Of a stretch of 32,000 bases of DNA, positions 16,617 through 23,023 are shown one piece after another. How positions within the stretch are numbered: the first letter of the stretch is position 1; every line of letters starts with the position of its first letter. The position numbers and the translations under genes are program-made. The notes under the pieces are model-generated. The model made no database searches. It worked only from the letters and a program-made list of their open reading frames with translations, and was not told the origin of the DNA. The stretch is from Minisyncoccota bacterium (lineage in GTDB: Bacteria; Patescibacteriota; Minisyncoccia; Minisyncoccales; Minisyncoccaceae), in assembly GCA_041650175.1 (NCBI GenBank), contig JBAZLS010000003.1, positions 39,917-71,916 of the forward strand. Reading direction: 5' to 3'.

Positions 16617-18407
16617 CTATTTAATTACCCATCCTACAATCAGGCTCTCAGGGCATGCATTAATACTAGTTACTGGGTCAGTGATAGTTACAAAAGGAAC
16701 TTCTGTTTTAGTTATGGTTTTCAGCTTTTTTCGAAGTTCTTGAGCATCTTCGGGATTATCTCCATGCGCAATAACAGCCCTCATTCTCCCTCCCCTTCTG
16801 ATCTCTCTATTAGAACTTTTTTCAATCTTTTTAAACAATATATCAACAAGATCAGATGATTTAATTTTTTCAATTGGTGTCATTTTTCCATCTCGCATTT
16901 CGACTAATGAATAGTAAGTATCCTTCTGTTTAAACCAAAAACTTTTTGATTCTTTTTTCCACCAATTAGTATTTTCCAAAATTCCATACACATTAATCTT
17001 TGGAACAAAATCAGTTAATCTTTTTACGATTTCGTCCATATTGCGCAACTCCTTAATCAGTTCCAATGCCTTTAGGACCACTAATGATTGTCCAGCGCTG
17101 ATATTTTTTGAATCAATCACAAACACTTTTTCACGATCGCTGAATGGCAGCATTTCCTTTGCCTTTAGAGCCGAATCATAATTACTGGAAAGTTTTGAAC
17201 TAGAAACAATACATAAAACCTTCTCGAATTTTTCAAGCTGGTTTTTGTAAGCCTCAAAGAAAAACTCTGAAGAAATAGAATTTATTTTTGGTTTATTTGT
17301 TATGCCCTGTTTTTTTGCTTCTTTTATTTTTTCGCAAATACTATTTCCTATGAGCGTCTCCCCTTCTGGCCAATCAATTCTGAATGGGATAATTTCTATA
17401 TTGTAATGTTGGATTATTTTTTGTCCAAGACCCGCCCTTTCATCAATTACTATTCCGATAGAAACTTTTTCAATAGATTTTTCTCCAACAACCTCTTTTG
17501 CCATATCCTGTATCTTCAAACTCTCAATATCCCCCATTTCCTTTATTATATCCCGTATTTCGTATGGACTATCTGTATGAATATGTATTTTTGTTTTATC
17601 CCCTATTTGGATTACATCAAGACAATTACCCAAATGGTGCAATCTAGCTCGTATTTTTTCCATTTTATAATCAGTATTAGTCAAAAGAGAAACGACTTCA
17701 AAACGGTTTGATATTATTTGTATAAACCTTTTTGTGGCCATCTCTTCATCTTCATTCTCGCCAGTAGCAAGGACTAATTCTTCAAAATCTTCATCAGAAA
17801 AAAGTTTTAACATATCAAAATACGCCTCAATAATCATTAAAAATCCTAATCCTCCAGCATCAACAACACCAGCAGTTCTAAGTATTTCCATATGGTTCGG
17901 GGTTTCCAATAAGGCGATATTTGCTCTCTTAAGCGCGATGCTAAAGACTTTTATAATATTATTTTCATCTTTATTTTCTCGAAAAGCATAAGCAAAAGCT
18001 CGCATTACATCAAGAATTGTTCCTTCTTTCGGGTTTTGGACAGAATCGACGGCACGAGTGTAAGCGCTTTCAAAAGCAATTGCTAATTTTTTTGTATTTA
18101 ATTTTTCTTCTCTTGGTAGTTCCCCAAAAAAACCCGCAAGCCAGCCAGTATAAATAATACCAGTATTTCCTTGCGCAGCTATAAGAGCTCCATCCATAGC
18201 ACTATCCCCTAGCTCTCCAATATTATTAAATTCCTTTTCTTCAATTGCATCTTTTACGCCTAGTAGCGTTGCAGCTAAATTACTTCCAGTATCTTGATCT
18301 GGAACAGGAAAAACATTAATTTTATTCACTTGTTCCTTATCTTTATCCACTCTCTCGCAGGACGAGATAATCATTTTTTGTAATTCAATTTGAGATATTT
18401 CTTCCAT
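16617..18407 (-). CDS. Fusion of a DhaL/FakA-like kinase region and a DegV-like domain
   Basis: N-terminal KINVFPVPDQDTGSNLAATL ... GALIAAQGNTGIIYTGWLAG (DAK2 family). C-terminal KVLCIVSSSKLSSNYDSALKAKEML (DegV-like) without the GxHxGPGA motif. Confidence 0.85.
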   Translation of the reverse strand: MEEISQIELQKMIISSCERVDKDKEQVNKINVFPVPDQDTGSNLAATLLGVKDAIEEKEFNNIGELGDSAMDGALIAAQGNTGIIYTGWLAGFFGELPREEKLNTKKLAIAFESAYTRAVDSVQNPKEGTILDVMRAFAYAFRENKDENNIIKVFSIALKRANIALLETPNHMEILRTAGVVDAGGLGFLMIIEAYFDMLKLFSDEDFEELVLATGENEDEEMATKRFIQIISNRFEVVSLLTNTDYKMEKIRARLHHLGNCLDVIQIGDKTKIHIHTDSPYEIRDIIKEMGDIESLKIQDMAKEVVGEKSIEKVSIGIVIDERAGLGQKIIQHYNIEIIPFRIDWPEGETLIGNSICEKIKEAKKQGITNKPKINSISSEFFFEAYKNQLEKFEKVLCIVSSSKLSSNYDSALKAKEMLPFSDREKVFVIDSKNISAGQSLVVLKALELIKELRNMDEIVKRLTDFVPKINVYGILENTNWWKKESKSFWFKQKDTYYSLVEMRDGKMTPIEKIKSSDLVDILFKKIEKSSNREIRRGGRMRAVIAHGDNPEDAQELRKKLKTITKTEVPFVTITDPVTSINACPESLIVGWVIK

Positions 18408-18435
18408 ATAATTTAAAGAATTGCAGATATTTGGA

Positions 18436-19086
18436 TTATTTTACTTTTTCTTCTAAATCTTTTAGCATTTTTGCTGCTATATCTTTGCCGCCTAGGCCAA
18501 AAGATAATCCAAGGATCAGTACTAGCAAAGTGACAAATCCAATAAAAATAGTCAAAATCAAAGTTTGGACAATTTGTAATTGATAGAGAATAGCCAAGAT
18601 ACAAATTATCCAAGTACTTGTAGCAACAACATTCCCTACTATTCCCGAATAACTCATTTTTCTTTTTTCCATTTTAACCAAAACAATCTTTTTTGAAAAA
18701 TCTGCAAGAAATACTGCAAGTATGAAAATTAAAATCGAAATAAAAATATTTGGAAAATAGTTGATTACTTCTTGTAATATAATATTTATCTGGTCTAGTT
18801 TTATAATTTCAAATGATATGCTTAAAAATACTATTACAAAGAAAAATTCAATAATAGACCCGACAAATCCAGACATATCAAGCTTTGTGTCATATCTATC
18901 AAAAAATTCTTCCCATCCTAATGTTTTTAACATCTGGTTCAGTCTGATTTTATCAAGAACATTTTTAATAGCCTTTTTTATTTTTTTTGCTATAAACCAG
19001 CCAACAAAAAAAACAATAATACCCCAAAGCAATGGTGGTAACCCGCCAGAAAAACTTGTTATAAAAGCATCAATTAATTCTTTCAT
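18436..19086 (-). CDS. Integral membrane protein with MscS-associated conserved TM helices
   Basis: 216 aa; ...LLWGIIVFFVGWFIAKKIKKAIKNVLDKI..., repeated helix pattern and LGLSFGLGGKDIAAKMLKDLEEK. Confidence 0.65.
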   Translation of the reverse strand: MKELIDAFITSFSGGLPPLLWGIIVFFVGWFIAKKIKKAIKNVLDKIRLNQMLKTLGWEEFFDRYDTKLDMSGFVGSIIEFFFVIVFLSISFEIIKLDQINIILQEVINYFPNIFISILIFILAVFLADFSKKIVLVKMEKRKMSYSGIVGNVVATSTWIICILAILYQLQIVQTLILTIFIGFVTLLVLILGLSFGLGGKDIAAKMLKDLEEKVK

Positions 19087-19215
19087 AATGTTTGTTTAGT
19101 TATTTTAAATTATTTCATTAAAAAATTACAAAGCAATCTACCTTTTTCGCCTCTTTTCTTATAAGTGCGTTAAAGTTTACGTTTAAAATTTTATAAAGCC
19201 TTTATTTACCTTATA

Positions 19216-19782
19216 TTACCATTTTGCTTTATGCAAGCCTAAATCATAACCGATCCTATTGAATATTATATGAATAAAAAATGTTAAAGGAATTAAAATT
19301 ATCCAAAAAAGACTCTCAAAGTGATAAAAAGGCTGAAGCACGATAAAACATCCTATACAATAATTTATTTGGTCAAATGGTATGAATGGCTGTCCAGGTT
19401 TTATTTTAAATCTCCGTTTTATAAAAGCGAACAACAAATCTCCGAAAACTGTACCAATAGATAGTAAAAAACCTGCAATTAACGCATTTGTAGCATTAGC
19501 ATTAAACCCGATTAATTGGTATAAATTTAATCCTAAAAATTCGTGAATAAAGAAAAATATTTGAAAATATCCAGTCCCAACGATAATTTCAGATAATAAT
19601 CCCCTCCATGTTTTATGGTTGCCTAATAACGGAGATCCAAAAAACCTATAATTAAAATCAATGGGGCCTGCTAATTTTGTGAAAAATTTTGAGTTTCTAG
19701 CAACTAATGGTGGAGCAGCATTTGCGCAATATGCTGGTATAAAAAAGTATATGCAAGCGAGTATATATAATAAGAAATCCAT
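19216..19782 (-). CDS. CarS-like (CDP-archaeol synthase/DUF46 family) membrane protein
   Basis: FIPAYCANAAPPLVARN, GNHKTWRGLLSEIIVGTG, GFLLSIGTVFGDLLFAFIKRRFKIKPGQPFIPFDQINYCIG. Confidence 0.75.
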   Translation of the reverse strand: MDFLLYILACIYFFIPAYCANAAPPLVARNSKFFTKLAGPIDFNYRFFGSPLLGNHKTWRGLLSEIIVGTGYFQIFFFIHEFLGLNLYQLIGFNANATNALIAGFLLSIGTVFGDLLFAFIKRRFKIKPGQPFIPFDQINYCIGCFIVLQPFYHFESLFWIILIPLTFFIHIIFNRIGYDLGLHKAKW

Positions 19783-19788
19783 GAAAGG

Positions 19789-20388
19789 TTAGAATTTTAT
19801 AATTTTTGGCTCAGTTTTTTTAATAAGTCTTTTAATATTTTCACGATGGGCCCACCATATTATTGGAATAAATAATACGCCAAGGATAGTAAAAGGAATT
19901 GATTGAGTACTATACCAAATTGCAACGGGAACAATAAAAATAATTATCAAATTAGTTAAGCTCATTATTTTCAAAGCATACAGTAGTAATACCCAAATAA
20001 ACAAGAATTGCAAGGCATTTTTAAATCCAATAAGACAAATCAATACAGCAAATACTGCCGAAACAGCTTTTCCTCCTTTAAAATTAAGCCAAAAGCTATA
20101 CATATTCCCAATGATCGCTGACAAAGAAATAACTGCAATTTCCCATTCAGGAAGAGAAAAATAAAAAGCTAAAATAACTGGTATGGCAACCTTCAAGACA
20201 TCAAGAATTACGACCAATAAAAAATAAGAAAATCCAAGGCTTCGAAGAATATTAGTTCCTCCGACATTGCCACTTCCCTGTTTTCGGATATCAATTTTTT
20301 TTGATTTTGCAATCAAATATCCAACAGGAGTTGAAGCGCAGATATATGCAAATAATATTAATAAAATAAAAATGAAATTTTGATTCAT
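19789..20388 (-). CDS. plsY: Glycerol-3-phosphate acyltransferase PlsY (canonical copy)
   Basis: STPVGYLIAKSKKIDIRKQGSGNVGGTNILRSLG, GNMYSFWLNFKGGKAVSAVFAV. Confidence 0.92.
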   Translation of the reverse strand: MNQNFIFILLILFAYICASTPVGYLIAKSKKIDIRKQGSGNVGGTNILRSLGFSYFLLVVILDVLKVAIPVILAFYFSLPEWEIAVISLSAIIGNMYSFWLNFKGGKAVSAVFAVLICLIGFKNALQFLFIWVLLLYALKIMSLTNLIIIFIVPVAIWYSTQSIPFTILGVLFIPIIWWAHRENIKRLIKKTEPKIIKF

Positions 20389-20421
20389 ATTAAAGTTATT
20401 ATAACAGAAAAAAGCATATTA

Positions 20422-20832
20422 TTAAAATTTTTTATCCTCAAAAACATTTTCAAAATGGAAAATTTCTAATTTATTTTCTCTATCATTAATAATAATGCCG
20501 ATAACATCTAATTGCCATTTTAAATTTTCTATACTTATGTTTTTAGCAGCAAACCATTTATTGGCAGTTAAGATGATTTTTGCAACTTTCTTCTTATTAA
20601 CTCTTCGTTCTAAGCAAAAATAATCCCCTATCCATGAACTTTTTATTGTTGTTTTTACTTCAATAAATACATAGGTATTTTTTAGTTTAGCAATTATGTC
20701 AATTTCTCCTATTTTTCTGTCAGTTTTGGTTTTAAAGAAAAAATTAGTATCTAAAATATCATAACCCTTGTTTTTAAGAAATTGATTAGCTAAGTATTCT
20801 CCCCTATCACCAGTACTTGAATTATTGTTCAT
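20422..20832 (-). CDS. YraN/UPF0102 family endonuclease-like protein
   Basis: GDRGEYLANQFLKNKGYDILDTNFFFKTKTDRKIGEIDIIAKLKNTYVFIEVKTT. Confidence 0.88.
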   Translation of the reverse strand: MNNNSSTGDRGEYLANQFLKNKGYDILDTNFFFKTKTDRKIGEIDIIAKLKNTYVFIEVKTTIKSSWIGDYFCLERRVNKKKVAKIILTANKWFAAKNISIENLKWQLDVIGIIINDRENKLEIFHFENVFEDKKF

Positions 20833-20836
20833 ATTT

Positions 20837-20866
20837 ATAAAAAACTAGAAGTTTTAACTTCTAGCT
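20837..20866 (-). terminator. Terminator-like hairpin downstream of element B
   Basis: Minus strand GCTAGAAGTTAAAACTTCTAGTTTTTT. Confidence 0.7.
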
Positions 20867-20917
20867 CTTCTGGCTTTTAAATTTTACGATCAAGCGTTCG
20901 ATTTTTACCCCGATGTT

Positions 20918-20997
20918 GGGAGTCCATTATCTAATTCCTACTGGAATTATCTAAAGCCTGGCTGCGGCACCAGTCGTGCCTTGCCTTCGACTCCCCC
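20918..20997 (-). ncRNA. tRNA-adjacent structured element, copy B (next to tRNA-Pro)
   Basis: Minus strand: GGGGGAGTCGAAGGCAAGGCACGACTGGTGCCGCAGCCAGGCTTTAGATAATTCCAGTAGGAATTAGATAATGGACTCCC. Closing stem GGGAGTC/GACTCCC; hairpin GGCAC-GACTG-GTGCC; hairpin TAATTCC-AGTA-GGAATTA. Confidence 0.5.
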
Positions 20998-21058
20998 ACA
21001 ATACTTCCCTACATTATCCCACTATAACGTTGGAATTTTAGCTTAGTTTAGTTTCTGT

Positions 21059-21128
21059 CGGGATGCTGGGAGTCGAACCCAGATTACGGACTCCCGAAGC
21101 CCGCATAATGCCTTTATATGACATCCCG
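21059..21128 (-). tRNA. tRNA-Pro (anticodon CGG), weak AU-rich D-arm, CCA not encoded
   Basis: Minus strand CGGGATG-TC-ATATAAAGGCATTAT-G-CGGGC-TTCGGGA-GTCCG-TAAT-CTGGG-TTCGACT-CCCAG-CATCCCG. Confidence 0.82.
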
Positions 21129-21319
21129 TAAGCGGGATAATTCTTAGAGTAATTAATTTTAGTATCTAAATCCGGCAATTAGCCGGATTATAGACTGAAG
21201 ACGAGGAACATTAAGCCCGAATGTTTTTTACACATTAATAATAGGATGATTTAATAAAAAAAGCAAGAGTTTTCATTTTATTAAATACGAAAAATAATAA
21301 AAAAAAGAATTAAAATTTT

Positions 21320-21413
21320 TTCTGGCCAAAACTCTCACCATTCTGGCCAAATTATCCCCAACTTTGTCCCCATTCTGGCCAAAACTCTCACCATTCTGGC
21401 CAAATTATCCCCA
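21320..21413. repeat. Tandem repeat, 41-bp identical blocks at 53-bp period
   Basis: TTCTGGCCAAAACTCTCACCATTCTGGCCAAATTATCCCCA at 21320..21360 and 21373..21413. Confidence 0.95.
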
Positions 21414-21425
21414 GTTTTATCCACA
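21352..21425 (+). promoter_or_regulatory. Four DnaA-box-like 9-mers, same orientation
   Basis: TTATCCCCA 21352..21360, TTGTCCCCA 21364..21372, TTATCCCCA 21405..21413, TTATCCACA (consensus) 21417..21425. Confidence 0.65.
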
Positions 21426-21627
21426 TTTTGGCCAGCAAAATACATTTTTTGTTGTAAATACAAGGAGGTTCTTTTTAGCCAAAAGTCATTTTTATTTGGC
21501 CAAATCCACAAAAAACGTAAAAATAAAACCTATTTTAAATAAAAGGTTCTTTAATTTTTCTTTAATTTTGGCCAGAATAATTTTTTCTGGCCAAATAGTA
21601 TTTTATAATTAAACGATACTTAATCAG

Positions 21628-21698
21628 TGGACCTGACGAAAATCGAATTCGTGTTTCTGCTATGCGAAAGCAGTGTATTTCCACTATACTACAGGCCC
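21628..21698 (-). tRNA. tRNA-Ala (anticodon CGC), CCA not encoded
   Basis: Minus strand GGGCCTG-TA-GTAT-AGTGGAA-ATAC-A-CTGCT-TTCGCAT-AGCAG-AAAC-ACGAA-TTCGATT-TTCGT-CAGGTCC-A. Confidence 0.92.
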
Positions 21699-22100
21699 GC
21701 AGTATTTTTTATAAGTTTATTATAAATAAATTTTTTTAAAAAAACAATAAAATTAAAAACAATAATAGTTTTTTATTTATTTAATTTGGCCAGAAAGAAA
21801 TTATTCTGGCCAAAGTTATTTTTGGCCAGAATCGGTTCTGGCCAAAATATGTTAAAAATCTTGGCCAGAACTGGAAAATAAACAAATATTTTTGTCAAAT
21901 TAGCTTTAAAAGATTTTTTAAAACAATATTCACACTTTTTAACGTATTTATGCGGAAAGTGAACCCTCAAAACAAGGTATTTCTAAAAAAAAGAAAAAAT
22001 ATCCTATAAAATATCTGACAAAGTAATAAAACTGAAAAAATGTAAAAAATTAGAATATCAAAAATTTGCGAAATTTTTTAAAAGAAGGCTTTTTTAAAAC

Positions 22101-22114
22101 GTTTCACGTGAAAC
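22101..22114. promoter_or_regulatory. parS-like ParB-binding palindrome
   Basis: GTTTCACGTGAAAC. Confidence 0.8.
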
Positions 22115-22283
22115 GATTATTTTTTAGATAAAAATAATTAGAATAATTAAATCATAATTTAAAAAATTTAACGTATTTATGGGAAAAGTAACCTCTTAAA
22201 ACACTTAAATTCAACTATATGGCATTTTTTCGTAATTTAATCTTTTAGAATTCCTAGAACATTTTTATGGCCAAATAGAAGCC

Positions 22284-22297
22284 GTTTCACGTGAAAC
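22284..22297. promoter_or_regulatory. parS-like ParB-binding palindrome
   Basis: GTTTCACGTGAAAC, followed by A. Confidence 0.8.
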
Positions 22298-22428
22298 AAA
22301 CGATATTTCAATCCATTTTCCGAAATTTTTTAAAAGGTTTTTAGCGTTAAAACAATCCGGCCAAAATCAACGTTTTTTCTGGCCAGAATAATCTAGAAGA
22401 ATTTGCTATTTTGGCCAGATTCTGTCCG

Positions 22429-22440
22429 CCACGTGAAACA
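22429..22440. promoter_or_regulatory. Degenerate parS half-site
   Basis: CCACGTGAAACA. Confidence 0.45.
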
Positions 22441-22510
22441 GATTTTTAAATTCTAAAAAATTAGAATTAAAAAATTTAATAAAACTAAAAAATATAATTT
22501 AATTAATAGT

Positions 22511-22524
22511 GTTTCACGTGAAAC
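22511..22524. promoter_or_regulatory. parS-like ParB-binding palindrome
   Basis: TGTTTCACGTGAAAC. Confidence 0.8.
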
Positions 22525-22719
22525 TAAGGCATTTTATTAAAAAACCAATTAAATATAACTTGTCTATTAATATTTAATTTATCCTTTATTTATAAGAAAA
22601 AAAGAACATAATTATTACTTCGAAAAAAGAAAATCCTAAAAATATAGCTAATTCGTAAATTTTTAAATTTTTCTTAAAAATTAAAATAAATTTTTAAAAT
22701 TTAATAAAGTTTTAATGAT

Positions 22720-22733
22720 TTTTCACGTGAAAC
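22720..22733. promoter_or_regulatory. parS-like ParB-binding palindrome (one mismatch)
   Basis: TTTTCACGTGAAAC, followed by A. Confidence 0.7.
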
Positions 22734-23023
22734 ATTTTTAAAAAACGAAAAAAACATCAAAAACAGCTCTTTTTTCGTAGTTGACGAGAGGTCATTCGTG
22801 TTGATTTTGGCCGGTATTGGCCAGAATCGGTTCTGGCCAAATCTGGCCAGAATGTTGGCCAGAATGCTAAAAAATAAATAGCAAAAGTGTCAATTATTTG
22901 TATTTTTTTTAAAAATTTTAAAACAAAAAATAAGATTTAATTTCAAATTAAAAAAGAAACTATCTCAAATTTATTAACAATAACAAAAAACACGGATAAT
23001 CCGTGCTTTGTTATTATATTATT

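Larger units (their letters stand above)
21323..22861. repeat. Dispersed family of 20 TGGCCA palindromes (extended consensus about ATTYTGGCCAAAW)
   Basis: TGGCCA starts at 21323, 21344, 21376, 21397, 21429, 21497, 21569, 21588, 21787, 21807, 21823, 21839, 21862, 22268, 22380, 22412, 22818, 22834, 22844, 22856. Confidence 0.95.

Noticed and set aside
21364-21612. ORF 21364..21612 (+), 82 aa (MSPFWPKLSPFWPNYPQF...)
   Set aside because: This is a translation of the TGGCCA/DnaA-box-like repeats; low-complexity and no RBS.
21773-21970. ORF 21773..21970 (-), 65 aa
   Set aside because: Overlaps the TGGCCA repeats in the non-coding origin-like region; no coding signal beyond an open frame.
21323-22861. 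CRISPR array interpretation of the TGGCCA repeats
   Set aside because: Repeats are very short, orientation and spacing are irregular, there are no unique uniform spacers and no cas genes in the window.
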